Origin: a virus
Taxonomy: Duplodnaviria; Caudoviricetes
Virus record (IMG/VR): IMGVR_UViG_3300023314_000005
Location: 1 to 36,869 of that record
Reading direction: 5' to 3' (one strand)
DNA length: 36,869 bases
The notes under the pieces are model-generated. The model did no database searches, was not told where the DNA came from, and worked only from the letters and a program-made list of their open reading frames with translations. How positions within the stretch are numbered: the first letter of the stretch is position 1; every line of letters begins with the position of its first letter. The translations under genes were made by a program, and so were the position numbers. Below are positions 16,583 through 26,172 of this stretch, piece by piece.

Positions 16583-16612
16583 AAAAAGCCACTCGTTATT
16601 GAGTGGCTTTTT
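16581..16612. terminator. Bidirectional intrinsic terminator between the moron cassette and the capsid gene
   Basis: AAAAAAAGCCACTC-GTTATT-GAGTGGCTTTTT. Confidence 0.85.
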
Positions 16613-16634
16613 AAATATAAACTAACTAACCCAA

Positions 16635-17876
16635 TTATGAAGTAGCTGTAGTTCCTTTGATGAAATAAGTTGCTCCGAATACTGGAAGCGCATAATTTCC
16701 TTCAATACGAACGGTAACTTTGTTTTCTCTTACGTTTGTACCATCTTGATCGAAGAACTCAATTCTCATTGATTCCTGAGTTAACAACATTGCTCCTTCT
16801 CTGTCACCTACAATATAATCTGGTGCAGTTAAAGCAGTTGTTGGATATGCAGGAATACCCAAGAAAGATAAACGACCATTTACGATTGTTACGCCTTGTG
16901 GCAAATCATACTCTCCAGATCCTGAAGCTTTATTCAAGAAGAAAGAATAGTAGGCAGAAGGACGTAATGCAATAAAGTTTGCGTCACGGTCAAATGAATC
17001 CTCTAATCTTGAAACATCAAGAATAATTTTCTCTACCAATGGAAGTGAGATAGTAGCTGTAGAAGCCGTAAAGTTTCCAGTCACCAAAATACCTTTTAAG
17101 TTTGGAGTTGTTCCGTTACCATAAAGGATTTGAGCGTCAAGAACTTTTCTGAACAATTCAGGAAGTTTTCTCTGTAAGTAAGAAACAAATCCCGGAATGT
17201 TAGACATTGCTTTACGAGTTACACGAATCCAACCCGCAACAGTTTCTACTTGTACAGTAGCTTCTTCAAGATCTAAATCAAATTGTGGTTTAGTTGCCCC
17301 CTCAGCAGTTGGCGCGATTGCTCCCTCTCCTGTTCCGTTTTCACGCATGAAAGTGAATGAGTTACCTGGCCCAATTGTACCGCCTGGCAAAATTTCATCC
17401 ATGTGAACTTTACGAGTAGTGATGCCGTAAATTTCAGGACTAAATACCTGACCATATCTGTTACCGCCTGTAACGTTTGCAGTAGTGAAATCACCAACAG
17501 CTTTAATATCTAACGATACGCTTTTAACGTTGTTTTTCTTTCCTACGAAATCTTCAATAGCTTGAGTATTCTCAGTTACAGCTTTAGCAATTTCATCGTT
17601 GAAGTTTGCATTTTTAGCACCTTCAATTTGTTTTGCATTTAACTTTACATCTAATGCGTCAGCTTGATCCTGAATAGCTTTAATATCAGCAATAAACTTT
17701 AGTTCCATTGCTTCTTTTGTAGCTTTCAAATCAGCTTCAAATGCTGTCTTTACATCTTCTGTAGCTTTATTGAATTTTAATTCAAATGCGTCTATAGATG
17801 CTTTTACTTCAAGAGCAGATTTAGTTTCTAAACCCGTTTTGATGCTTTCTAATTCTTTTTTTAATAATTCGTCCAT
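16635..17876 (-). CDS. Major capsid protein, HK97 family, with an N-terminal coiled-coil (delta-like) domain
   Basis: AEGATKP, ILYGNGT.PNLKGI and F...N.RENKVTVRIE motifs; follows the prohead protease. Confidence 0.93.
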   Translation of the reverse strand: MDELLKKELESIKTGLETKSALEVKASIDAFELKFNKATEDVKTAFEADLKATKEAMELKFIADIKAIQDQADALDVKLNAKQIEGAKNANFNDEIAKAVTENTQAIEDFVGKKNNVKSVSLDIKAVGDFTTANVTGGNRYGQVFSPEIYGITTRKVHMDEILPGGTIGPGNSFTFMRENGTGEGAIAPTAEGATKPQFDLDLEEATVQVETVAGWIRVTRKAMSNIPGFVSYLQRKLPELFRKVLDAQILYGNGTTPNLKGILVTGNFTASTATISLPLVEKIILDVSRLEDSFDRDANFIALRPSAYYSFFLNKASGSGEYDLPQGVTIVNGRLSFLGIPAYPTTALTAPDYIVGDREGAMLLTQESMRIEFFDQDGTNVRENKVTVRIEGNYALPVFGATYFIKGTTATS

Positions 17877-18535
17877 TATTTTAAATTTAGTGATTGTGAA
17901 AATGATTTTAACGTCTCTAAAATAATCGGCTTATCTTGCAAAGTGTCAGTTTCTGACGGCTCATTAGAAAGTGATTTTAATATTGTTTCAAACTGTCTTA
18001 GTCTTTCATCAGAATAATCCAGATTGTATGCTTTTTGTATTAATTCCATAATCCCGTAATGAGATTGAATGCTTTTAATCCCTTGTACCGTGCTTAGTTC
18101 ATTTGCGCCCCAAGATGATAGAAAAGAATACTCCATTAACTTATATTCGTTAATGATTGATTTGTTCTTAGAGTCTCTTTGAAGCACTTTATACCCTATA
18201 GATAATTCGGCATTAAGATTATTTTCATGCATCAACTTAACATCAGTGAACATGTCTTTTCCTAATGGCTTGTTCATGTTAAACTGAGTAGTTGTAAGTA
18301 AGCCATAAGAATCTTTTGTGTCGATATTCAATGGCACTCCAATCATCATAGTAGGATTGTGATCTTTCAAAACACGAATACGTTTAAAGTTTTCAGATAC
18401 TGTCTTTTCAAATGAACCGTAAGCCGAAATATCCCCGTCAGAATCTTTGTAGTTGTAAGCATTAGCATAAGCAGTAACAACTCCTTTTGTTTCGTCTAAC
18501 TCCTTTAAATCGTATGATAATTGTTTGAAATCCAT
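17876..18535 (-). CDS. HK97-family prohead protease
   Basis: DSDGDI...GSF.KT, LKDH, LSIGY, LMEYS...WGAN motifs. Confidence 0.92.
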   Translation of the reverse strand: MDFKQLSYDLKELDETKGVVTAYANAYNYKDSDGDISAYGSFEKTVSENFKRIRVLKDHNPTMMIGVPLNIDTKDSYGLLTTTQFNMNKPLGKDMFTDVKLMHENNLNAELSIGYKVLQRDSKNKSIINEYKLMEYSFLSSWGANELSTVQGIKSIQSHYGIMELIQKAYNLDYSDERLRQFETILKSLSNEPSETDTLQDKPIILETLKSFSQSLNLK

Positions 18536-18540
18536 TTTAA

Positions 18541-19311
18541 CTATATTTTTAATATTAACATTCCATCAGCATCACGCCTCGGAACAAATGCAACTGTACA
18601 TCTGCAATTTATTACGTTTCCAGCACTCGCTTTAGTATCTCCTGGATATTGTATGTTTTCACCACCAACAAAAAAGGGCTTTTCTAATTCCTGCTTTTGG
18701 TTATTCATATCTAAATGATCGTAAGGCGTTACTCTTGTTCGGTTATCCTGTACGCTAATCCAAATTTTATCTAAAACTAAATCGCTTTGTTCGGCTGTTT
18801 TAATTGCTGAGAAGTTAGAAGCGCTTGTTGTTTCAGTTCTTGCTATTCTTAACGATTGCCACTTATAAAATGTCTGTGATTTGCTTATAATGGCTTGTAT
18901 AGCATTACGTAAATCAATTACAGTTCCGTTTTCTCCTATAGACATTTGAATGGTTTTAATTACATCATTTATCAACGTATCATGAACAGAAGTAATCTTT
19001 ACACCGCCTTCATTAGACAAAAATAGTAAAATTTCCTTTAATAATGTTTCATTAAACAAAACATTTGCCTTTTTGATCTTTTCTAAAGAACTATTTACTT
19101 TATTACCGTAGTTAATTCCGATAGTTGAATATATTTCACGAAACATTTTATAAATATCTTGTTCTGATATATTTGACTTGATTAAAGCCTCATAATTTGA
19201 TAATGTAGCATTGTTATAGGGTATATTTTTCAGGATATTTGATATATTATCCTGAACTATTCTATAAGCTTTACGCTCATAGATACGTCTTTGTTTTTCC
19301 CATGCTATCAT
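18541..19311 (-). CDS. Minor head / head morphogenesis protein (Mu gpF / SPP1 gp7 family)
   Basis: RIARTET, K.W....D.RTR...H, YPGD...INCRC motifs. Confidence 0.88.
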   Translation of the reverse strand: MIAWEKQRRIYERKAYRIVQDNISNILKNIPYNNATLSNYEALIKSNISEQDIYKMFREIYSTIGINYGNKVNSSLEKIKKANVLFNETLLKEILLFLSNEGGVKITSVHDTLINDVIKTIQMSIGENGTVIDLRNAIQAIISKSQTFYKWQSLRIARTETTSASNFSAIKTAEQSDLVLDKIWISVQDNRTRVTPYDHLDMNNQKQELEKPFFVGGENIQYPGDTKASAGNVINCRCTVAFVPRRDADGMLILKI

Positions 19312-20681
19312 AAATTTGCTTCATTCATTACACCGTCACTAACATCATCAATTCTTTTTCCGTCAATCCAAACAACGTCCATTCCGTCATCTGACAAAGT
19401 TTCATATTTAAATACAGTTCTTTTCTCGTTTGGTGTTAATGGAATTAAGTTTAATGCTTCTGCTTGTTTCTTCATGTCCTCTTGCATTTCAGGAAGCTCT
19501 GTAACATCCCATTCTATAACACTATTTTCATAACCTTTAAACAATGGTATAAAAGATTTATTCCATGCAGATTGAAGTAATACTAAATCTGGTTGTATAT
19601 CATCAGTAATCAATGATTTTCTTGCTTCCGATGTATCTGTACTTCCAAGTGATGCCTTACCGTCTGCGTTCAGTAATTCATCAGGAAAATTAAGTACATT
19701 ACATACTGTTTTTTGATCCCAGTTAAGGTATTCAAAAGGTTTTAATTCATCCGTTGTAAGTGAGATTCTTTGGAATCCAACTTCAGCAGAAGATGCCCCA
19801 ATTTTACCAAGTCTTAACGGGTCTTTGTCCATTTCTACCAATCTGTCTTTTAAAGATTGGGCTTGATCTGGTGTTAATGGAGTTCCTTTACCGTATAAGA
19901 AACCAAATGCTCCGGCTGATTGAAGCATTTTAATATTGGTATCAATTGCGCTGTTTTGGCTATTAATATTTCTTAATCCGGCTCTTAATGGCGATTGTCC
20001 GTATAAATGGGATCCGTTCATATCATAGTTCGGATTCACATATTTAACATGGACTACTTCATCAACCCCAAACTTAATATACTGGTTACCCTCGATAAGC
20101 ATATAGTAATCTATCGGGTTTTCGTCTAACAATAAGTTAGCGTCTTTCTTCAAAACTATTTGCATTAAATGAGAAGGGAGAACATAAACCATTTTAGGCA
20201 CTTTTTTGTTTGAACCTTCTGTTGGTGACACATGATACTGATAATAGTTTCCTGTTATCTTCATGTATGTTTTAAACAGTCCAATAACATCCGACCACGT
20301 TTGATTTGGGTTCGGTTGATCTAATGGGAATGGTTTTTCTTCTGATTTGTAAGCTTTAGTTTGAAGTTTAGCGCGTTTAATTTGGTGCTGAAGTGTAAAT
20401 AATCCTTTAGTAGCTAAATCTAATTGGCGTATCTTTTCGTATGACTGTTTATTTTCTACTTGTTTAATTGCGTATGGAACTGAAATAGTTTTAACAGTCT
20501 GTTTGTTTATAATAGCAAAAACAGTAGGATTTTCGTTGTATCCTCTTTCTAAATAGTTTTTATTATTATAATCATACTTTGCGTAACCATTACCCATCCA
20601 TTGAAAGAACGCCTCGTTAAAAGTATTCTTTGCTTTTCCGGTGAATTTCTCCCAACCTATCTGTATAAAACTTTTTGCCAT
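19308..20681 (-). CDS. Portal protein (HK97-like)
   Basis: 457 aa; EVVHVKY.NP....LYGQSPL and LTPNEKR motifs; follows TerL. Confidence 0.9.
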   Translation of the reverse strand: MAKSFIQIGWEKFTGKAKNTFNEAFFQWMGNGYAKYDYNNKNYLERGYNENPTVFAIINKQTVKTISVPYAIKQVENKQSYEKIRQLDLATKGLFTLQHQIKRAKLQTKAYKSEEKPFPLDQPNPNQTWSDVIGLFKTYMKITGNYYQYHVSPTEGSNKKVPKMVYVLPSHLMQIVLKKDANLLLDENPIDYYMLIEGNQYIKFGVDEVVHVKYVNPNYDMNGSHLYGQSPLRAGLRNINSQNSAIDTNIKMLQSAGAFGFLYGKGTPLTPDQAQSLKDRLVEMDKDPLRLGKIGASSAEVGFQRISLTTDELKPFEYLNWDQKTVCNVLNFPDELLNADGKASLGSTDTSEARKSLITDDIQPDLVLLQSAWNKSFIPLFKGYENSVIEWDVTELPEMQEDMKKQAEALNLIPLTPNEKRTVFKYETLSDDGMDVVWIDGKRIDDVSDGVMNEANL

Positions 20682-20685
20682 GTTT

Positions 20686-20693
20686 CAAAGATA
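20686..20693 (-). promoter_or_regulatory. -7 promoter element TATCTTTG, 4 nt before the portal ATG
   Basis: Matches TAnnTTTG. Confidence 0.55.
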
Positions 20694-20705
20694 ATAAATT
20701 ATTTG

Positions 20706-22106
20706 TTATACTATGAAAAACGAATTACCAATTAAGTTTCGTTCAATTCCATAGCATGTTAAGTCAATATGTTCATCGTGTTTCCCATTTGGGAATATAG
20801 CAACTTGATGCAAAAAATGTTCGTTCCAAGCTCCTTTTACCAGTATTACCCTACCCCCTTCGATAAAGTGCGAACATGCCCTAGCGTTTTCAATCTTAGA
20901 ACTATTTACAAATGTAGTTTTTATTTCTGAAATATTAAGATTTGTATCTTTTCTAACTATCTGAACCAGTGATTTACCGGATGCTTTAGGTTCAACTAAT
21001 GACAATCCAACCTTAACGCCGGATGATGCAATATGATTCGGCAAAAACTTTAATAGCTCAGGCATCTCTAAATACTTGTCAATTGATGAAAGTATAACAT
21101 AATCATTATTCCATTTTGCACCAATCTGAAAGCCTGAAGGATCATTCTTGGTGTCTTTCGTATATGCCCCGTCAATAATTAATTCCCATTTAAGCGAATC
21201 TAAAGGTATTTCTGACTTATCCATAATACGGAACCAATCTTTTCGCCACTCTCCACCCTCTGCAGGTGAAGGGGTTTGCATGTATTGACCCGCAAAGTTA
21301 TATCTGTTCGCCTGGCGAATCTGTTCCAATTCTTCAAAGGAATGTTTATCTTCCCATAATGGATTGTTTTCTTCGTCCAACGCTGGCAAACATAAATGAT
21401 CCCATTTTTCGCCTGATCCATCGTTTAAAAGAAATCCAGAAAGATCTTCTTCATGCAATCTTTGCATAATCACAATAATAGGCGTTTCTCTGTCATTTAC
21501 ACGGCTTCTTATGGTTGAGTTGTATCTTTCATTAACCGATCCTCTTTTAGCATCAGAATTTGCATCGTCTGGCTTTAATGGATCATCTATAATAATTGCG
21601 CCAGCAAATATTTTACTTTCGGCAACACCTGCACCAAACCCCGTAATAGCTCCCCCTGATGCAGTTGCATAAACACCGCCTCCAAGTTCGTTAAACCACT
21701 TCTTTTTACCCTGAGCATCTTTCTTTAGCTTCATTTGCCAAAGTTCCTGAAACGCTTCTGACTCAATGTATTCTTTTGTTTGAGAGCTGTTATCAAGTGC
21801 TAAATCATCTGAATAAGATAAGTGAATGAATTTAGATGCAGGATTACGAGCCAGACACCAACTAATAAAACATTTAACGGCCAATTCAGTTTTACCATAA
21901 CGAGGCGGTATATTAATAATTCCTCGTTTAATTTCTCCATTAAACACTTTAGTTAAGAACTCAGCTATTAAAACTAAATGAGGCGCAACAATGAAATTGC
22001 GCCTGTGATTTTCTTTATAAATATATCTTGTGAAAAACAATAAATCATTCTCACACTTAACTTTTATTACTTTTTGAGTGTTAGTAAGTATTTTCGAGGT
22101 TTGCAT
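20706..22106 (-). CDS. terL: Terminase large subunit
   Basis: Walker A PPRYGKT, Walker B IIIDDP, MQRLHEEDL, nuclease domain IDGAY...D and FPNGKHDEHID. Confidence 0.95.
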   Translation of the reverse strand: MQTSKILTNTQKVIKVKCENDLLFFTRYIYKENHRRNFIVAPHLVLIAEFLTKVFNGEIKRGIINIPPRYGKTELAVKCFISWCLARNPASKFIHLSYSDDLALDNSSQTKEYIESEAFQELWQMKLKKDAQGKKKWFNELGGGVYATASGGAITGFGAGVAESKIFAGAIIIDDPLKPDDANSDAKRGSVNERYNSTIRSRVNDRETPIIVIMQRLHEEDLSGFLLNDGSGEKWDHLCLPALDEENNPLWEDKHSFEELEQIRQANRYNFAGQYMQTPSPAEGGEWRKDWFRIMDKSEIPLDSLKWELIIDGAYTKDTKNDPSGFQIGAKWNNDYVILSSIDKYLEMPELLKFLPNHIASSGVKVGLSLVEPKASGKSLVQIVRKDTNLNISEIKTTFVNSSKIENARACSHFIEGGRVILVKGAWNEHFLHQVAIFPNGKHDEHIDLTCYGIERNLIGNSFFIV

Positions 22107-22566
22107 TTATTTTCTTTACTTCTTCATCAGTTAATTTACCTGCATCAATATTTATGTTTGTATTTTCGTTTACAATTTTGTTACCATACTTCTCAGGTCT
22201 TAATTTGCCCAATACCCATTGACGCGCTGCAATTCTTACTTTACTTCTCTCAATTACATTATGATTGGTTATAATCGTACCGTCATCCTTTTCGTAAGTA
22301 TCATCTTCTTGATCGTCGGCAATAATAAGTATTTCATCAAGTAGCAATAATTCTCTGTCCTCACACGCGCGCGAATACCGTTTTACTTTTTCTTGAGCTT
22401 CTTCTGTTAATGCTCCTAAATCATCCGTTTCACTTATCCATTGAAAAAATGTTCTACTGCTTGGCATCCCATTTGTATTCAAGGCATAACGCAAAGATTT
22501 ACCATTTTCAATTTCAGAAATGATATAATCAAAGCATTCGTCTTTTTTTTCTTGTGTGTAAGCCAT
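22081..22566 (-). CDS. terS: Terminase small subunit (Sf6-like)
   Basis: I.NGKSLR, MPS.RTFFQW, R.KVRI.ARQW.LGKL.PEKYG; directly upstream of TerL. Confidence 0.88.
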   Translation of the reverse strand: MAYTQEKKDECFDYIISEIENGKSLRYALNTNGMPSSRTFFQWISETDDLGALTEEAQEKVKRYSRACEDRELLLLDEILIIADDQEDDTYEKDDGTIITNHNVIERSKVRIAARQWVLGKLRPEKYGNKIVNENTNINIDAGKLTDEEVKKINANLENTY

Positions 22567-22573
22567 AGTAATT

Positions 22574-22581
22574 CAAAGATA
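22574..22581 (-). promoter_or_regulatory. -7 promoter element TATCTTTG at the start of the late region
   Basis: Matches TAnnTTTG 7 nt before the terS ATG, just downstream of a terminator. Confidence 0.6.
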
Positions 22582-22593
22582 ACAAAAAAAATT

Positions 22594-22616
22594 AAACCCC
22601 GATGTAAGTCGGGGTA
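22594..22616 (-). terminator. Intrinsic terminator separating middle and late genes
   Basis: ACCCCGA-CTTACA-TCGGGGT followed by TTAATTTTTTT. Confidence 0.7.
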
Positions 22617-22621
22617 ATTAA

Positions 22622-22855
22622 TTAAACTTGTGGATTGAAGCCGTAGCATTCTGTTTGTTCAGAAATCATAAGCAAGTTTCTTAAGTCATTTGCGTGATGT
22701 TTTTTACCTAATTCAAATATTTGCATTAATACATCCTGCGCGTAATATTTTCTTAAAAATATTCTCCCTAATTTTTCATTATAAAACTGATCTTTACCCT
22801 TTTCCTCGAATCCTGCTTTAGTCAAGAATTCAATAATAATATCTTTTTCTTCCAT
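22622..22855 (-). CDS. Hypothetical protein
   Basis: 77 aa ORF on the coding strand. Confidence 0.6.
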   Translation of the reverse strand: MEEKDIIIEFLTKAGFEEKGKDQFYNEKLGRIFLRKYYAQDVLMQIFELGKKHHANDLRNLLMISEQTECYGFNPQV

Positions 22856-22861
22856 ATATCT

Positions 22862-23503
22862 TTAATTTAAAATTTTCTTACCAAGTTGCTTCTCTGCATC
22901 TTCTTTTTCGATTAGTCCGTGAATGTCGAAATGCCATTCGTATAGTTTTTCGAAAAGTTCAATTTGATTTCGGATGAATTGCTTCTCTGAAAACTGATTA
23001 ATCAAATAAAATCCCATTATAGAATTATAACCAAAAATATAACTTGGTTTATCTCCTTTTAATTTTACCCACCATTCGTTTTGCCCTGATTCAGATTGTA
23101 AATAATCAGAATTGCTCCAATTATGTTTAGTTTCAATGTCTAACAATCTTTCAATCGGTACAAACTTTTCACCATTAACCTCAATTTCTTTTGTGAGGTC
23201 GGATAGTGGGCGAAGGATTGGTTTAACTTCTTCTAAGAACACATCATCTTCTTCCCATCCTAAATTACACTTCATTTGTCCTAAAAATAATTTATCATCT
23301 TCAATCGCAATAAATGGATTAGTTTGAGTAAATGTCATTTTTAAATAATTCTCAGCATTTGGATAATTATTTTCTATAGCCCATGGTAATTCAATTACTC
23401 CATAACATTCGTTTTCTAAAATTGATTCATACCTTTCGCTAGTTAAAGGTAGATTATATTTCAACCCATAAGGCAAATACCCAACAATGTGTTTTAATTC
23501 CAT
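22862..23503 (-). CDS. Hypothetical phage protein
   Basis: YLPYGLK, KPILRPLSDLTKEI and WHFDIHGLI motifs resemble flavobacterial phage proteins. Confidence 0.7.
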   Translation of the reverse strand: MELKHIVGYLPYGLKYNLPLTSERYESILENECYGVIELPWAIENNYPNAENYLKMTFTQTNPFIAIEDDKLFLGQMKCNLGWEEDDVFLEEVKPILRPLSDLTKEIEVNGEKFVPIERLLDIETKHNWSNSDYLQSESGQNEWWVKLKGDKPSYIFGYNSIMGFYLINQFSEKQFIRNQIELFEKLYEWHFDIHGLIEKEDAEKQLGKKILN

Positions 23504-23514
23504 AACAATATTTT

Positions 23515-23539
23515 AAAGCGGGATTTTCACCCGCCTTTT
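23515..23539. terminator. Hairpin, probable terminator
   Basis: Minus strand GCGGG-TGAAAAT-CCCGC flanked by A/T runs. Confidence 0.55.
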
Positions 23540-23542
23540 ATT

Positions 23543-23764
23543 TTAGATTATATTTTTTCTTTTAACTATTAAAGCAAGTTGAAATAATGTATTTGCTTTA
23601 TGTTCTGCTTTTAGTCCTTTAATTCGTTTTTCAATAATCGATATTGAATTTGGAGTAATACCCATTCTTTTAAAATGCAAATGGATTTCTTTTTGTTCAA
23701 GTCCTCCGGCTAATGATTGAAGGATTAAAGTGTCAAGTTCTGGATTCTGTTCTTTCGTATTCAT
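23543..23764 (-). CDS. LuxR/GerE-like HTH regulator; candidate late-gene activator
   Basis: IL..LA.GL.QKEI....S.IEKRIK.LK....A.T.FQLA pattern; has its own promoter. Confidence 0.6.
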   Translation of the reverse strand: MNTKEQNPELDTLILQSLAGGLEQKEIHLHFKRMGITPNSISIIEKRIKGLKAEHKANTLFQLALIVKRKNII

Positions 23765-23795
23765 AATATAATTTTTAATGGTTAATAATTATATT

Positions 23796-23803
23796 CAAAG
23801 ATA
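23796..23803 (-). promoter_or_regulatory. -7 promoter element TATCTTTG
   Basis: Matches TAnnTTTG upstream of 23764. Confidence 0.55.
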
Positions 23804-23851
23804 CGGATAACATTTCGAATAAAAAAGGATTTCCTTAAACTTTAACATATT

Positions 23852-23974
23852 TTATTTTCTCCCTTCCAAATAAATTCGCTTAATGTCGGAATAAGTGATT
23901 GCGGTTATGTTGTTGGCTTGCATTATTTGTTTTTTATTTGGATTGTCACGCCACCAAATTAGTATGCGGCGCAT
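23852..23974 (-). CDS. Small hypothetical protein, 40 aa
   Basis: MRRILIWWRDNPNKKQIMQANNITAITYSDIKRIYLEGRK; TAATG-coupled to the methyltransferase stop. Confidence 0.45.
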   Translation of the reverse strand: MRRILIWWRDNPNKKQIMQANNITAITYSDIKRIYLEGRK

Positions 23975-25122
23975 TAAAATTTGCTCAGCCATTGGTCGTA
24001 AATATTTGATGCTATTTGGGCAGTCATTACAGGAGGCACTGACATGCCAATAAGATATTTAGGTTTTAAATCTAAGAAATCGTAATCGCCTGGATAACTT
24101 CCTCCTTTTGTTAAATCATCTTTATGGAAATATGTTGGCATATCGTGTCTAAACTCTCCACTATCATAACCACTTAAAATTGTGCAAAATGGATTGTTAG
24201 GGTTAACTTTTCTATAACTGAAAAATTTTTCTTTATGTCCCAATCCTCTCAAATAATTGCAAACAGATGAACCTTGTGGTGTGTTTTCCCAATGTTCTCT
24301 TATTGATGGTGCTAATGGATGTCCTGGTTTACCACTATCAAATTCTTTTACTGCAATTTGTTTTTCATTAAAAATCATTTCTAATTTAGGAGTTTGAGTG
24401 AATAGGTCAGTTGATTCCATAAATTTATCACATAAATCTTTTCTAAGAGCGATAAAGAAAACTCTTTTTCTTTTCTGAGGAACACCCATTTTCGAAGCAT
24501 TGAGTAAAAAGTGTTGAACTACATAACCAGCTTTATCTAATTGCTTATAAATTTCAATTACATATGATTTAGCAGCTCCTAAAAGTAATCCTTCTACATT
24601 CTCAGCTACTACTACTTCAGGCTGTAATTCTTTTGCTAAATCAATGAAATCAAAAAATAAAGTATCTAACACCTGGTTAGCCTGTCCTTCTTTGAATTTT
24701 TTTTCTTTGCCCCAATCATCTTCCCTGTTGCCCATCATACTGAATGATGAACATGGAGGACTACCATCTAAAATCCTTAATTTATAAAGTTCTGCCGGCA
24801 TTAACCATTTTTCATCCCCTCCTGCTAATTCGTAATTTTCAAGACTTCCGAAAAGTTGTATTGCTTTTTCTCTTGTGGTCCTTAATTTAAAATGTTGTAT
24901 AGGTTCTAAAAATGAATATTTAGGATTGTGATTTTTTACATATGCACCCATCATTTTAGGGTCAATCTCATTACAACCTAACACATCGAATCCTGCTAAT
25001 TTATATCCCATTGTTGAACCGCCACCACACGCAAAGCAACTAAATACTTTTCCTTTATCTTTTGTAAATACCGCGTCTTTTAGTGTCCAATTGTATGGAA
25101 ATTTATGTTCTTGTTTACTCAT
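23974..25122 (-). CDS. DNA (cytosine-5) methyltransferase, orphan
   Basis: Motif I FACGGG, motif IV GSPPCSSFS, motif VI ENV, motif VIII PQKRKRVF, motif X IGMSVPP. Confidence 0.93.
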   Translation of the reverse strand: MSKQEHKFPYNWTLKDAVFTKDKGKVFSCFACGGGSTMGYKLAGFDVLGCNEIDPKMMGAYVKNHNPKYSFLEPIQHFKLRTTREKAIQLFGSLENYELAGGDEKWLMPAELYKLRILDGSPPCSSFSMMGNREDDWGKEKKFKEGQANQVLDTLFFDFIDLAKELQPEVVVAENVEGLLLGAAKSYVIEIYKQLDKAGYVVQHFLLNASKMGVPQKRKRVFFIALRKDLCDKFMESTDLFTQTPKLEMIFNEKQIAVKEFDSGKPGHPLAPSIREHWENTPQGSSVCNYLRGLGHKEKFFSYRKVNPNNPFCTILSGYDSGEFRHDMPTYFHKDDLTKGGSYPGDYDFLDLKPKYLIGMSVPPVMTAQIASNIYDQWLSKF

Positions 25123-25466
25123 AGTTTAATGGTTTTTGGTAAGTCGTATTGAATATTATTTTCTTCAGTTTTACCTAAAATTAAATTTTGGTTTCCTTCT
25201 TTGTCTAAAAATGGCAAAAACATTGAATCGCATTTATCATCTTTACATTTCATTATACCTAAACCGTATTCTCTTAACTCGGTCCCACATACAAAACAAA
25301 AACATACATTTTTATTGTAATCAATTCTTTTAAAAAAACTACATTCTTCTTCTCTAAACTTGTAAAGTGATTTTTCAGTTTTAGCAACTATTTTGTCTCC
25401 ATTTATCACTTTAACTTGGCAAATTATACCGCCATAATCTACATAATCATCTAATTGTATTTTCAT
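25119..25466 (-). CDS. Hypothetical protein with Cys motifs
   Basis: 115 aa; CFVC and C....C. Confidence 0.6.
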   Translation of the reverse strand: MKIQLDDYVDYGGIICQVKVINGDKIVAKTEKSLYKFREEECSFFKRIDYNKNVCFCFVCGTELREYGLGIMKCKDDKCDSMFLPFLDKEGNQNLILGKTEENNIQYDLPKTIKL

Positions 25467-25478
25467 AATTTTTAGTTT

Positions 25479-25877
25479 TTATAGTCCAAAAGTTGTTTCT
25501 GACGGTTTAATATTTGAGTATGCGATATCATAAGCATCTTTTTGTATTCTATCTATTTTTGTTTGTGTTTTTTTCTCACAAATATCAATAGCTCCAAGAA
25601 TATAAACTTTTTGCGAATCACTTAAGGATTCCATTTTTTTTATTTCTTTGCTTAATTCATTAAAGTGATTTACGCTAAATTCTATTTTGTCTTTAACTTC
25701 TTTCCAAAATCTTAATTCAGCATCGAAAAATTCTTGGTCATGCATTCCAGTATACATTTCAAATCTTTCAATAAATTCATCACAAACTTTAATTGAAAAT
25801 TCTGTTCCAAATTTTGATAATAACACATTTCTTTTCGTGTTAGTGTATTCGTAAAACAATTCTTGTTCTGTTTTCAT
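25479..25877 (-). CDS. Hypothetical protein (related to 14867..15058)
   Basis: VCDEFI...FWKEVKDKIE segment. Confidence 0.6.
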   Translation of the reverse strand: MKTEQELFYEYTNTKRNVLLSKFGTEFSIKVCDEFIERFEMYTGMHDQEFFDAELRFWKEVKDKIEFSVNHFNELSKEIKKMESLSDSQKVYILGAIDICEKKTQTKIDRIQKDAYDIAYSNIKPSETTFGL

Positions 25878-25894
25878 AATCTAGTTTTTTAATG

Positions 25895-26119
25895 TTATTT
25901 TAAATTGGGTTGGTTAGTCTTAAACTCATGGTCTTTACAAGTATCGCTATAAACTTGCAATGTATCCCATGCTGATAATTTGCCATCTATAAAATCCTGT
26001 TCTGGATATTTTGGATGAAAACAATGTAAGTGTGTTAAATTTCCAACTTTAAACTGTTGGCTTGAATGTTTGCAATTGTAACATTTAGGTTTTCTTTTTT
26101 CTTCATTCGCTTCTTTCAT
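25895..26119 (-). CDS. Cys-rich hypothetical protein
   Basis: KCYNCKH...HC.HP...TCKDHE. Confidence 0.65.
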   Translation of the reverse strand: MKEANEEKRKPKCYNCKHSSQQFKVGNLTHLHCFHPKYPEQDFIDGKLSAWDTLQVYSDTCKDHEFKTNQPNLK

Positions 26120-26172
26120 AATTTCTCTATTTATTTTTAGTTTTCAAATAAGGTTTAATTTTAGTGTAGGGG

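Noticed and set aside
17273-17497. Alternative-frame minus-strand ORFs inside the capsid gene (and 21200..21421 inside terL)
   Set aside because: No recognisable motifs or start signals; expected by chance
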